Assembly: GCA_964016885.1 (NCBI GenBank)
Contig: OZ024740.1
Coordinates: 268,026,001-268,090,000, forward strand
DNA length: 64,000 bases
Source: Eledone cirrhosa
Lineage: Eukaryota
Direction of reading: 5' to 3'
Every line of letters starts with the position of its first letter. Positions within the stretch are counted from its first letter, which is position 1. Shown here one piece after another: positions 40,575-54,455 of the stretch. Under the pieces are notes generated by a model. It did not search any database, was not told where the DNA came from, and worked only from the letters and a program-made list of their open reading frames with translations. A program made the position numbers and the translations under genes.

Positions 40575-41585
40575 AATAATTGTTTCTACTTTTCGCACAA
40601 GGCCAGCAATTACGCCAGTGTATTACTGGTACTTTATTTTATCGACCCCGTAAGGATGAAAGGGAAAGTTAACCTCAGCGGGATTTGAACTCATAACGCA
40701 AAGGGCAATAACTCTATACTGTAAAGCATGTTGTCTGACGCTCTACCGATACTCCAATCCACCAATATATAATAATTGTTTCTACTTTTGGCACAAGGCC
40801 ATCAATTACCCAGTACATTACTGGTACTTTATTTTATCGACCCCGTAAGGATGAAAGGCAAAGTTAACCTCGGCGGGATTTGAACTCAGACTGTAAAGGG
40901 ACATAACTATGCTAGAAAGCATGGCTAATAATAGTTTCTAATTTAAGCGCAAGGCCAGGAATTTGGGGGTGGGGGTGGGGGTGGAAAGTACATCATATCG
41001 ACTCCCAGTACATGACTTCTGCTTATTCTTTCAAAATTAGAAGGATGAACGACAAAGTTGATCTCTAGATTTGAACTGTGAATGTAAAAATCAGAACGAC
41101 TTTGCCAATCAACAACACTAATCAAACAAACAGTAATAAGAAAATAATTGTTTCTACTTTAGGCACAAGGCCAGCAATTTGAGGACGAGGGAAAATCGAT
41201 TAAATCGACCCCCAGTGCATTACTTATCGACCCCGTAAGGATGAAAGACAAAGCTAACCTCAGCAAGATTCGAACTCAGATCGCAAAGGAGCGTAACTCT
41301 ATGCCATAGAGCATGCTGTCCGACGCTCTACCAATTCTGCCAATCCATCGCTCTTCTTCTGATAACATAATGATTTCTACTATAGGCACAAGGCCAGTAA
41401 TCTGGGGGAGGGGAAAGTCTATTAAATCGACCCCAGTACGTTACTGGTGCTTTATTTTATCGACCCCGTAAAAATGAAAAGCAATGTTAACCTCAGCAGG
41501 ATTCGAACTCAGATCGTAAAGGGCCGTAACTCTATGCCACGAAGCATGTTGTCTTACGCTCTATCGATTCTGCCAATCCACCGCC
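40575..41585 (-). mobile_element. Cluster of about 5 co-oriented SINE copies
   Basis: SINE tails begin near 40575, 40770, 40930, 41143 and 41368. Confidence 0.85.
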
Positions 41586-42119
41586 CTTCTCCTGAAATAT
41601 GAAAAGCGTTAAGGAATAAAAGAATTATTGTAAAATAATTTATTTCAGTGGTTTAACTAAATATATGATTTGTGTAAGCAGGGACGCCACACGGTTTTAT
41701 TGACTGTTGTCAACGCAACATAATCAACACAAACCCACTTGATCATTTGAGAACCGTTTGTTTATACATAGAAAATGGAGTTACACGGATTTCTTGCTAG
41801 CAGGGATTTACATAATTCTAAATAAAAATGAAACAAGGGAAATAACCTAAATATGCCAAAGGGATCGAATCTCTGACGATTGCCGGAAAGCGCCTGCGAA
41901 ATACAATTTAAATGGTTACTGGTCGTTTTTCTACTTAATCCCCTGATGTGTACAGTCGGCCGAATGTGAGATATATCAAAACATTGCTTCGTTTAATATG
42001 TAAATTCCCTTTACCTAACATGTGATAAATATATATCAGACTTCACAAACTTCCAGTACAGAATTTCTTTAAACTCTTATGTTTTATGTTTGTTCTTCTG
42101 GTTTTATTATTTTATAAGA

Positions 42120-42320
42120 TTAGCAGCATCGGACAACATGCTTTGCGGCATATAGTTACGTCCATTTACGTTCTGAGTTCAATTCCGTCAGAGGTTAGCT
42201 TTGCTTTTCATCCTTACGAGCGCGATAAAATAAAGTACCAGTAATGCACTAGGGTTGATTTAATCGACTTTCCCTTCCCCCAAAATTGTTGGCCTTGTGC
42301 CTAAAGTAGAACTAATTATA
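42120..42320 (+). mobile_element. tRNA-derived SINE
   Basis: B box, core and tail present. Confidence 0.85.
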
Positions 42321-42350
42321 CACACACACATACATATATACATATATGTT

Positions 42351-42389
<39 letters not shown>

Positions 42390-42407
42390 GTAATGTGTAC
42401 TTTTTCC

Positions 42408-42439
<32 letters not shown>

Positions 42440-42520
42440 TAAAATTGAAGACTAAAATCCAAAGAGGGCTCTTTGCTTTTCTTTGCTTAAACCTTGCTTA
42501 AACTTTAATCTGTTATTTTA

Positions 42521-42559
<39 letters not shown>

Positions 42560-42561
<2 letters not shown>

Positions 42562-42746
42562 AAAAAGTATGACCCCGACGGCAGAGCTCAAGCCGTTTCG
42601 ACATCTATTTCTGGTCAGAAATAGCCGTCGAAACGGCTTCAGCTCTGCCGTCGGGGTCATACTTTTTCATATTTCCCACTCTACTACCCTAAGTATTGAG
42701 TACTCTGGTGCGTTATTGTCCATCTGGTTCCTTACCACAATTCCTT

Positions 42747-42750
<4 letters not shown>
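42560..42750. mobile_element. PLE module family B foldback (3' half of the HHR duplicated in inverted orientation)
   Basis: GAAAAAGTATGACCCCGACGGCAGAGC... and ...GCTCTGCCGTCGGGGTCATACTTTTTC. Confidence 0.75.
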
Positions 42751-42801
<51 letters not shown>

Positions 42802-42839
42802 ATATTAACAAATGGAAACTATATTTATAAAACCATATT

Positions 42840-42904
42840 TATTTCATTATACATATTTCAAGGACACCAAAGCAAATTATGGTGTGCTTTCATCAGATAA
42901 AATA
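42840..42904 (-). ncRNA. Type I hammerhead ribozyme, family A, intact core
   Basis: TATTTTAT-CTGATGA-AAGCACACCA(loop)TGGTGTCCTT-GAAA-TATGTATA^ATGAAATA, with an 8-bp stem I. Confidence 0.82.
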
Positions 42905-43054
42905 TAATATAGATCAGTTTTATAAACAAATATTGACATACCCTTAAAGAATGCGACCATGTCGGTTGGAAGCTCCCGGATAGTGGGGTTACTAATTTTA
43001 TTATTGGTCTATTATGCAAATTAAATATAACTTCTACACACACACTGACACACA

Positions 43055-43325
43055 TATATATCTATCTAAGGCGGGTAAAATTCCCGAGATCCATGGACGA
43101 GTTCTCTCCAGCGGTCTCTGTCCCTCATTATCGCTGCCATATCCTGCATCTCCAACAGACCAGTGTCTGTCCTTAGGGCATCAACATATGTTAACCTTGG
43201 TCTTCCTCTTCTAGTGTGTCCATGTAGGGGCTCCCAAAGGAGCACTGAGTGCAATGTCAACTCTGGATGTCGGTGAGCATGTCCAGCCAACCTCAATCTC
43301 CTCTGTGTCACTTTTGAGCTGACTT
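43055..43325 (-). mobile_element. 3' end of an RTE-type LINE
   Basis: RRLRLAGH..RH...LLWEP..G..RRGRPRLTYVD...RDRDRWR, the RTE C-terminal signature. Confidence 0.85.
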
Positions 43326-44319
43326 TTATATATTTATATAAACCTGTAACAAAGGGTGAAAAGCAAAATAACTAGTGTCACATAAGGACAATGACTGATT
43401 GAAGATATATAGAAGAGAAGGAATTATTGACTATTTGTACTTTTACTCTACATATTTGCATTGTAGATGCGTTTATCTTTGTCTTTCTTTTCATGCAAAG
43501 TGGTCTCTTAGCAACAAAACAATACGAAAATGAAAAACACGATATAGAAAGAAATATGAAGTATATTTAGCGATAGGATGAAATCAAAAGTTAATAAAAA
43601 CAAAAATACTGACACTTCTTGTTAAGGAAGTCGCAGATAGATTATGCCGTCTAATATGTCCGTGGATAGATTTAAGTAGTGAATTTTATACACCCACTGT
43701 TTTGATAGTGTAATAAAGATTACAGATATGATTCACCAATATGCTGATGATTTGATTAGTTTCAAGATAAAGATGTGAGAGTTGAATCTATAAAAAATTT
43801 AAAGAATGTTTTTCTCTTCCTTCTAAATATAATTCTTCTCATTGAGATCTTATTGATTGCGCCTATGTGTTATCAGTTTGAGTCCACTGGATACGAGAAC
43901 AAACAAAGCAAAAGAGAGGTTGAAACAAAGAGATTTCATGTAGCGCGGAAAAAATAGGTTAATCGGACTACACGGCATGTGACAAAGATTTCAGTCTTTT
44001 AAAAAATAAAACTTCTGCACATACAATTTTCTGAAATGAAACCAATATGCAATGTACGCTTTCAAGAATAATATCAATCCGGATTATAACTGAAAACAGC
44101 TGTATTTCATTTAAATAGCTACAGTCGATCTATGTGAACAGTGACTGATTGTTGCACAGTCGTCAACTAGGAATATTTGTTTTACTAGGGCTACATTCAG
44201 CGTTGAATGGTTAAGAAGATGGGTTCGCAATCATAAGCCTCCGAATTCAATTCTATCCTAATGTGGACTCATAGTATCTGATTGATTCAAGTTAAAATGG
44301 ATAGACAGAAACTATGTTT

Positions 44320-44369
<50 letters not shown>

Positions 44370-44381
44370 GAGCATTATGTT

Positions 44382-44896
44382 TACTAGCAGAAAAACCACC
44401 CCTCGGGTGGTTTTCTGCTAGCATGTGTAGTGTGTTTATTGATATTATACGCAAATAAAATCGTAATTGACAATATAAACAGAAATTGAACGAAGACGTT
44501 GTTACACTGTCTTATGTAATCAGTAACGTAATCCATGATACATTAAAAAAAGACGATATTATATATAAACTGCATTAGGAGAAAATTAGTGACAGAACAT
44601 TTGTATGTTTAAGTGATCGCCACCGGAAGTGTTGACATCACACACTCTTTCTTTCTATATATATGGTAGTTGAAGTGGTGGTGATGGCGACGATATACCG
44701 GAAGTGCAACTTTGAAAAGAAGTCAATTTTAAATTATTTATTTTTACGAAATTATTTTTGTTTACGAAATTTAGTAGATAAATTATGTAATATTCATTCA
44801 TTATTTATTCAAAGTAATTCAACTTATTTTACTAACGGGATACAAAAATATAAACCGTACGCAGTCCCGCAGACCTTCCTTTATTACAGTTTAGAT
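44382..44896 (+). mobile_element. Non-autonomous Helentron-like element (copy 1 of 3)
   Basis: 5' hairpin CTAGCAGAAAA..CCACCC..GGGTGGTTTTCTGCTAG and 3' TTTATTA.AGTTTAGAT. Confidence 0.6.
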
Positions 44897-44949
44897 TCAC
44901 ATGTGACGCGCGTTTTGTGATTGATCAGCTCATGGTACAATCAGGTGTG

Positions 44950-46120
44950 ATTGTACCCGACTCTGTATTGACACCAACATTTGGGAATACTTGATTGGAT
45001 GCTAGATGAAATCAGAGACATCTATGTTAAACCCCCCAAATAGTAATGAACACTGCAAATTTCCACATCAACAGCGACATAGACAGTCTTTGCCTGAAAT
45101 GTAATCATAGATGCAGAGGCATAATATCTGTCCATACAGCATTTGTGTGTTGCATCATATCCCTCTGACAACATCTACAAACCAGTAGGAGCCCATCTAC
45201 ACAAAACAGATAATACCACGAGAGTTGGGAAGGAGCTCATTGAGAAGTACTCCCTGCATGATAACTAAAAAATCACACACAAGAAAATTGCATGGCAGTA
45301 GCATAGACTCTATGGAAGAAAACCTGCAGGTTTATCAGCAAAAAATAATGCATGGCATTGTTGCCAGGAAGCTCCAAATTGAGAGTAATGTAGATAAGCA
45401 ATGTAGTTTATCTTGGACCAACGATCTCTTTTGAAGGATATGCTTTTGCAATCCAAGAACAGGAAATAACTTCAAAATATGTAATTCACAAAAAAGTAGG
45501 GATACAGGCAAAGCACCTTGATGTGACATCAGATACAGACTCTGTGGAATAAACATCGAGGATAACACCCACATCATAAGCAGCTGTCCAAAGATGTGAC
45601 CACGGTACTACATACATATGAGGCATGATGTAGTGGTCAAAACACTATACAATGCAACCCGTAGGAAAAATAGCCTTGGCAATAAACATAAAAAGTTACA
45701 GAAATGTGGAGGACATATGCATACATAATATAAAAGAGTATTGGTGGAATGTTTCAGTCAAAGCCGCAATAAAATACAAGCACAAATAAAAAAAATACAG
45801 ATATAGTGATATGCGACAGGGAAAAGAAGGCATGCATAGTAGTGGAAGTCAGCTGTCCAGCAGATGTCGATAAAATTGTTTCTACTTTTGGCACACGGCC
45901 AGCAATTTTACCAGTGTATTACTGGTACTTTATTTTATCGACCCCGTAAGGATGAAAGGCAAAGTTAACCCCGGCGGGATTTGAACGCAGACCATAAAGG
46001 GCCGTAACTCTTTTGCTGCAAAGCAGGGCGTCCGACCCTCTACCGATACTGCCAATTCACCGCAGTGTCAATATAATACTAAAGATCAGTGAAAAGGAGA
46101 ACAGAATCTGCAGAATTAGT
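44950..46120 (+). mobile_element. Old degraded copy of the Dong-like element, interrupted by a SINE (45873-46062, minus strand)
   Basis: YQQKIMHGIVARKLQ..SNVDK..SLSWTN matches the 11919-13538 ORF. RLE sequence resumes after the SINE. Confidence 0.85.
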
Positions 46121-47282
46121 GACCAGCGATTCTAAAACGAAGTGGTTAACGCTCTAGCTCGGCATCCAAGAGATGCAGTGTTGGATTGCTCGTGGGTGTC
46201 TCTGTCCCCTTTTACCGTTTCCAGGGGAACAATACTAGATCTTCTCAATCATAATTGTTTTTTTTCATACTTGAACCTGGCGTCATCGACTACACTGCTT
46301 CAATGTCTTGTGTTTGTGGTTGCTGTCTTTTTTTGAGACCCAGGTTAGACCTTAAAGAGTAAAGTAATAACCAAGGGCGTTTCACTTGTGATCGTTTAAT
46401 TTTTATTCATCTATAATATTTACATTAAAATCACATTATTCAATGCGTCTTTCCTTTAAAGAAAATGTGGTTTCAATTGAGGGGCATTTGGTTGCGATTT
46501 CTAGCAAATCAAGTGATCATTAGAGGATACATTGTTGGCTCAACATTTTAGTTGAAATTAGATACGCTGAGAAACTACAGAATATGCAAATTCACTGGTT
46601 AAAAGCAACATTAAAAGACAACAACAACAACGAAAACCATTTAATATGGACGTATTCTTCTTTTGTAACATATAAAAATTATTGAAATAGAATAAAAAAT
46701 AACTCTAGCAGTTTGAATTTATTTGTGTTGTTATTGTTATTTTGTTCTATTTACTTTTTATTCCCCAGTAAAAGAGGTTAACAGTCATATTGGCATTAGT
46801 TCGATTCTTCAAAAAGACATATTCAGCTGTCATTGCTTTTGATAATTGTCAGTAGAAGATTTTTAACAAGAAAGATATTGGTTTTCCAATCTGACGCAAT
46901 GTCAGAGCATCTCTTTTTCATTTTATCATTTTATATATATATATGTGTTTGGCACCTATATTTTTTTTATTGTTGTTACTATTGATGTTAGTTATTGCTG
47001 TTGCTATTATTGTTGGTTATTGCTGTTGTTTCTGCTGCTGTTGTTTAATGACAGTTATTTTCTTGGAATCAATAAAAGTGAAAATGCTGAAGATGTGTCC
47101 ATTGCTAAAGAATGGTCTGGCGAAGTGAGTAGTTCAAGCAATAGAAATCGATAAACCATAACTATACACTTGTCTTCTTTAATGGTGGCATAGATTTTTA
47201 CATTTGCATTTGCTTTTCAGTAATTCACCCTCTTTTAGAATAAAAATAAAACACACACACACATACACACACACACACATAC

Positions 47283-47314
<32 letters not shown>

Positions 47315-47380
47315 GTATATAAATATAAATGCACACGCATACACACACAAACACACACACATATGTATATACATACATAT

Positions 47381-47435
<55 letters not shown>

Positions 47436-47436
<1 letters not shown>

Positions 47437-48948
47437 CGAAGGAAATGTGGTAAGGAACCAGGTGGACCATAACGCACCAAAGGGACCTCAAGGAGGACAA
47501 CAACATCACCTATGATCTCACTTGGAGATTACTGTCCAGAGCCAATTCTTACACGGGAGGACGCCGTCCGTGCAATTTATGCTCGGAGGAAACTTTACAA
47601 ATGCTGTTTTCGACGGACCAACTCCTAAACAAGAAAGATGAACTGGTTACTGCATGTAAACATAGATTGCGTAGGACTTACCTCGCCCTCAAACCCCATA
47701 ATGACCCGGGGGGGGGGGGGGGGGGGGTAGACTAGGGCTATAACACCCCACTTGCCGATTTTGCAATGGGTAACCCCTGCTTGCCAAGGGAGACGTAAGA
47801 TCTTCTTTGTATTCTTTTATCTATTCCTTTATTTCCTTCCCCCCTCTCTCCTTAGTCCTTCTACCCCAGCTCTTCTCCTTTGTCGGCGTCTTTTCTCGCC
47901 CACCCGAGGCTGCCCTTTGGCTCCTTGTAGCCTTAGTACCCCCACCCCCTCCCCTAGTCTATGATAGATTTGGCGGACTCCGCCCTTTATAGCATTGGTT
48001 TAGACCCCGGATACTTGTCCCCTTTTTCCGACCGCTCCCACTATTCTCTGTGCCCTCTATATTTCTTAGTGGCACTTATGCCTTATTTTTTCGTTTCAGT
48101 ATTTCTTTCTTCGCTTTTCTTTTGGGCGGGGTGGATTCTGAATTTATTTTTCCGTATTCTACCTTTACTTCGTACGAACTTTCATGTAGCTTGTTTTAGA
48201 TCTTTTAGAGTTAGCATTAGTATATATTTTTCTCGGGACTCAGAATTATTATCTCGCACAAGTTCACTTTGCTGCACTGGGTGGTTGCTGGCATTGTGCC
48301 CGGGATGGAAACCTTTATTGTTTATTTCGTGGTAGTCTCTTTAGTATTTTGGCCCCTTTTGTTGACCCGTCACCGTATCATTTACGTACTTATACCTCTT
48401 AAAAGGGTCCTTGCCTATTTCGTCCTACCTAGTTCTTTTACTTATTTCGTTATTTCTTTATTTCTTTCTTTACTTCTTTCTTTCTTTCTTTATTTATTTA
48501 TTCTAGCCTAACAATAGCTAGAGACCTAGGTCGTAGAATTTAATTTACTTTACTTTTTTCTTTACACTTATTTGCTTTTCTTCACTCTCAGTATTTTTTC
48601 TTTCCTATATATTTCTACCCCCCATTGTTCTACCTACCGTTCCGACTTCCTCCCCCTCCCCCTCCCCTGTATCTTCTTTGACCTCATGCCCAGCTGTAGC
48701 TGGCACTACCAACGCTTGATTGGGTCTACTCCACCCCCTCCCCTCTTTCTCCTACTGGCAGGTTTAGCCACCATCTCCCCTACTAATTTGCAACCACAGA
48801 ATTACTACTGATTTTTGACAATCACTTTGACCATATATGGAATTACCCCTTGAGAAGATCGGCTATTTAAATACCAGGATAAATTTTCATTTAGTCCAGA
48901 ATTAGCCGTCGAAACGGCTTGAGCTCAGCTGTCGGGGTCTTACTGGTT

Positions 48949-48950
<2 letters not shown>
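47436..48950 (+). mobile_element. 5'-truncated Penelope-like element: inverted terminal fragment, GIY-YIG C-terminus, 3' UTR and HHR
   Basis: 47481-47730 reads RDLKEDNNITYDLTWRLLSRANSYTGGRRPCNLCSEETLQ...LLNKKDELVTACKHR, matching the PLE CxLC..E...LNK..EL...C.H ending. 47436-47480 is an inverted family B fragment. Flanked by (TA)n. Confidence 0.82.
48845..48938 (+). ncRNA. Type I hammerhead ribozyme, family B, U3-A8 variant
   Basis: ACCCC-TTGAGAA-GATCGGCTA...TAGCCGTC-GAAA-CGGCTTGAGCTCAGCTGTC^GGGGT. Confidence 0.8.
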
Positions 48951-48996
<46 letters not shown>

Positions 48997-49126
48997 TGTA
49001 TTTGTGTGTGTTTTATATATATACAAGACCAGCCGTGACCCGTTGGGCCACGTTAAATTAAAAATAATTTTTAGATAATCAAAATATACACAGACATGTA
49101 TATAATGTAAAATGAAATTGGAAGGC

Positions 49127-49200
<74 letters not shown>

Positions 49201-49269
49201 TATATGTGTGTGTATATGTGTGTGTATGTATATATATATATGTGGGTATCTGTGACCTATATACACTGG

Positions 49270-49302
<33 letters not shown>

Positions 49303-49569
49303 CACAGACACACTATACAAACTTAGAAACCCTTCCTATTTAGCAGGAAATATTCGTTACACACATCCTGTCCTAACACAAGTTATATGATACGTATGAC
49401 TTCATATTCAGTCACCAAATTTTGATTAGATACTGTAATACTGTATTCGATTCTTTGAAGTCACCTTTTTTAATTTCATTCAACAACACCACCAGTTCTC
49501 TCTCTGTCCCCCTTCTCTCTCTCTCTCTCTCACACTCTCTCTCACACTCTCCTTCTCTCTCTCGCTATG

Positions 49570-49995
49570 TGACCGGCTGCCGAGCTGGATGTCCCAGAGG
49601 TGCTCCGCGAACCGGTCCGCCAATCGACGCCCTCTCTGTCCAACGTATGGAGCTCCACAACATGCAATGGAGCCGGTAGACGAGACTGGAAGAGGTGCAG
49701 CGGAAGGAGTCCCGGACACGGAAGCCTTAGGCCCACAGAAGGTGGTGGTGTTGGTTGGTGATGTAATGGTCAGTGTGACAGCGGGGTCGGGAGCAGGGGG
49801 AGTGATCCGGGAGAGGAATTAGGTGGAGGAAGAGAGATGCGGCCGAGGAGGATTCGGAGGTTGCGGGCGCACTTGTAGGAGGAGAGGTGTGGGATTAGGA
49901 AGATAGTGGAGGTGTCTTACCGGAGGCGGTGGAAGAGCCGGAGGAACGTTCACTGGAGTGGTAAGTTGGTGGGGTGGTAGGTAAGAGGGAAATAA
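49570..49995 (-). mobile_element. Penelope-like GIY-YIG endonuclease remnant
   Basis: YHPTNL motif and C..C...YVGQ.GRRLADRFAEHL.DI. Confidence 0.85.
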
Positions 49996-50867
49996 TAGAT
50001 TATGATATCTGCAAGTGGTAACAGTTTAATTAGTGTCTAGAAAGGAAATGTGGTTCTGAATAATGCCGGCCTAATTATTATTTATAATTTCACATTGAAT
50101 GCAAAGCGTTTTATACAGAGATTTGACATCACAAACATTTTCCTATCTCTAGATATATGATCAACCAGTAAACAGTGACTTCCTCTGAATTCCCTCCTTC
50201 TACATTGTATTCTTATACATATGATTACTGCTTATTTTTGTCTCTCTTTAAACCCAGTTTCCATAAATAAATTTGCCAGGTCTATTTTGTTTCATCACAA
50301 TACCTCTATTATAATTAGGCATAAACTAAGCTCGGTTTTTATTGCTACAAGGCTACGGCCATGTCAAGATAACTACTGTACACCTGGCTGGTCATTAACT
50401 GCCATCATCCCTGCGAACAGATTACAGAGATCGTTAATCCACTATTCTGCTACGTTATATTAAAACTTCGGATTTCCAAATTTATTTCAGTTTAATGGTT
50501 GTATTTGGCTTCTCTTAGGCTCCTCCATTCTCTCCCAGCTATATTTTATTTATTGTGTATCTCATTCGCAGCCACACTATATTCTATATTGCAGCTTAGT
50601 AATTTAAAATAACCCGAATCTCTGATTTTAAAGTCATATAAATAAAACTTGTAACAGTTTACTTAAAAATTTGTCAACAGTTTCAGTATGCATGCATATA
50701 AGGTCCCGTAACTCCTGATGGATTCGTAGGAGCACCGTAGTGGCATACGGCATTTCTAGGTCATTTTAAACCTGGTGGAGGGCTTCCCTCTCTAGGTCTA
50801 AATACAGCAGATTTCTTCCAGAGAAGGATAGAGAGTGAGAGAGAGAGGGGGAAAGAGAGAGGGAGAG

Positions 50868-50959
<92 letters not shown>

Positions 50960-51484
50960 CCGAATTTGCCATTTACATCTAAGCACAATGGTAAATTAGG
51001 GACTGCCAGTATTATACTGGCACCTGTATTAAAGTCAGTTAATGCAAAACTATGAATAATAAATTAATGAATAATAAATATTGAATAATAAATTGCAGCC
51101 AAACTACTATAACATGCACAGTAAAAAGATGGGTGGAGTATGACATCTAAATCAACCATTATATTTCTGAAAGTCAACAATCTTTTGATGATTCTTAGTT
51201 TGTGGTTGTAATTGCCGGCTGAGGATAGTTTCTTTAATTAGAAAGTTAAAGATGTCTCAATTGGAGACGTTTATAAAAACAGCAATGTCAGTATTCTGTC
51301 AGGTGTTTACATGTTTTTAAATGCCGATACTGTATTATGTATATGTAATGAGTCGCTGATATTACCTTACATTTTATTTGTTAAACTTCGTGAGCTTTAT
51401 CGGTAGTCAGCTTGATCGTGCCCATTAAATGATTATGATGATGATGATTATATATATATATACATATATATATATCTAATTCCG

Positions 51485-52438
51485 TGTAGTTAACTATTTG
51501 TCTAGTCAATTTCTACAGGCTAGAAGAAATCATTAGATAAATGTCATGGCTGTACATCGCGTAAAATAATCTGTATCATCTGTCTATTATTTCTTCATAA
51601 GTACATTTTAAACTTATAGCCCCGTTTAAATGATTTTTTTATGTGGTAAAATGATTTTTTTATGTGGTTATGTGGTATACTGATTGGGAGAGGAAATATT
51701 GTATATATTTTATCTAATGGTTCTTCGGACTTGCATTTTTATATATAGCTCTGATTAATAATTATTTGCTTAATTAATTCTTCATTGAGCCACACCGTGA
51801 AAGGTTGCCAAACTCATATATATATATGTGACTATGTCTAATTATATATATATATACCCTTTGAATTTAATATATACTCCCGTAAGGTTGAGTAAAACTT
51901 TAGGCAGTATTCGGCTGCGCTTTCTAGCAACCATCCTACTCGCCGACAGGCACCAATCACAAACTTTCTGCCTTGACTGCTGGCCACGTGATAGTTCTTA
52001 GCCATTTTGAATTCATTTCTGGCGGGGATCATGGTAGAAGAAACTTAGTCCAATCTGAGGTATATCCTGAAGAGTTCCAGGCCTTGTGGATGTATCCAAG
52101 ATCGGATATATCCAAAAAGTGGAACGAAATCACCGGTGGTCGAGACTAGGTGAATTTTGGTAAAATTTATGTGCATTTTTTCTTCAGACTTCTATTTTGT
52201 ACCTAACTCCCTGTAGTTAACTATTTGTCTAGTCAATTTCTACAGGCTAGAAGAAATCATTAGATAAATGTCATATGGTTGTACATCACGGAAAATAATC
52301 TGTATCATTTGTCTATTATTTATTCATAACTACATTTTAAACTTATAGCCTCGTTTAAATGAATTTTTTAAGGTGGTTAATTTATACTGATTGGGAGAGG
52401 AAATACTGTATATATTTTATCTAATGGTTCTTCGGACT

Positions 52439-52442
<4 letters not shown>
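51485..52442. repeat. Diverged direct repeats of about 240 bp (51485-51735 and 52212-52442)
   Basis: Both run from GTAGTTAACTATTTGTCTAG to GTTCTTCGGACTTGCA. Confidence 0.85.
52061..52148 (+). ncRNA. Type I hammerhead ribozyme with extended stem II
   Basis: CTGAAGA-GTTCCA...TGGAAC-GAAA-TCACCGGTGGTC^GA, with a near-palindromic stem III. Proximal stem I is short. Confidence 0.72.
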
Positions 52443-52482
<40 letters not shown>

Positions 52483-52789
52483 ACTGGGAGCCTTTCACTC
52501 ACAGGTAAAAAAAAGTACTATTTTGATGGCCGTTGACTGCTGAGTTCCTCTATTTCATCCCACAGGGTGTCCAAATATCACCCTGTTCACCAAACAATTA
52601 GTGTTTTCGATGCTCAGAGAGTGGGATTGGTCGAGTGCAAGGCCTTTCCCCATTAAAACACCCTTCAAATCACAGGAATTGCTTATTCAGGATCTGTTAC
52701 AGGTCTGTGTAGTTGACCGTAGCCTAAAAGTGCGTAGAACTCTGTAATCTGACAAGTGATTGCAATATTCTTAGCAGAGTTTGCAGCCA

Positions 52790-52864
<75 letters not shown>

Positions 52865-54455
52865 AAACATTTAATGTTTGTCTTGACTTCTTGTAATGCA
52901 TGCACAATGATAACCGAAACTAATTACAAATCCGGCTAAACATCACATGCACTGGTGCAAACTTTATATCCTTTTAATAAATATTCGGTAGTTCGTGAGG
53001 GGATTACAAATTTAGCGAGAATCAAGAACGTGTGAAAATCAATAATGTTTGAATTGAATGCTACGTTCTAGTTTTTGTGTTTGTGATATAATTGTTTCTA
53101 ATTTAGGCACAAGTCCTGAACATTTTCTGAGAAGGAAAAGTCGATTATATCAGCTCTGGAATGAAAGGCAAAGCTGGCTGCAGCGAGATTTAAACTAGGA
53201 ACGAGAAGGGCCATGACTAAATACCACAACGCATTTTGTCCGACGCTCTAACATCCATCGCCTTATTTCTGATATAATAACATAGGTACCAGATACTTTT
53301 AAGTGTAGGAACTTGAAGTAGCAAGCATTCTTTTGTATTCACTAATTTTGTTTCAATCATAGTGCTACAAAGAATTCTTGGTATTCATTTAATCTCAGGG
53401 CATTATAAAATGTAAGGGGGGTGAATTGACACAGTCGTTAGAACGTTGGATAGAATATTTTATGGCAGTCATTTCGACTCTTTACTCTCTGAATTCAAAT
53501 CCCGCCAAGTTTAAGTTTACCTTTCATCCATCTTCTCGAAGTAAATAAAAAAATGTACCAGTTTAGTACTGGGGTTGATTATTCCTCCACACCACATCTC
53601 TTTCTCGTTTTCATTCCCCCACACTCCATCCTTCACTGGAAGAAATCTGCTGTATCCTGGAGAGGAGATGGGCTCCAACAGGTTTGAAAAATTCCTTAAA
53701 GAAACGCCGTATGTTAATACGGTGCTCCAACAACTCCCTCGGGAGTTATGAGACATGCATGCATGCGTTATAGAATCACGTAAAAACAAATGCAAGGAAA
53801 GTAACAGAAATGAATATCTATAACATCAGTTATCGTTGGGAGGGTATAAGGTATGAAAACACAAAGTGAAAGCAAATTCAACGACTAAGCTTCTTTGCCA
53901 TCTAAAAATTGAATATCAACTTGGATGCTAGAAAATATACCAGTTCCGATCAGTTTTTGACGAGTCGCATGAATGCTAGGAAATATTTCATTTCCGATCA
54001 GTTTTAGGCGGCTCACTAGAAGTCTGAAATACACATTAGAGTACTTCTGGTATATCTGGGTGAGTGCAGTTGCCATATTCACAAACATTATAGACGGAAA
54101 ATAAAATTAGGCTATCTGATTGATTGGCAAATACTCACTCACTAGCATGTTAATACGATCAGCCAAAAAATACAATGTTTCCCTACTGCATATAAAAATA
54201 ATATATTTGGACGATTGACAAAGACTCACTCACCAACATGTTAAAACCCCGACCTACGGTTGCTGACACACCAAACTAACAAATGTCCACCACTACTCCC
54301 ACTCTTTCTCCTTTCTTCCTTCCTACGGTGTCTAATCTTATAGATCCTGCACTAAACATTACTTCAACCGTCTGAAATTCCACCACCACATTTCATTTAT
54401 CCTGTTGACGTTGGACTATAGAATTTATAATGATTCTGATGTAAACATTAAAATG

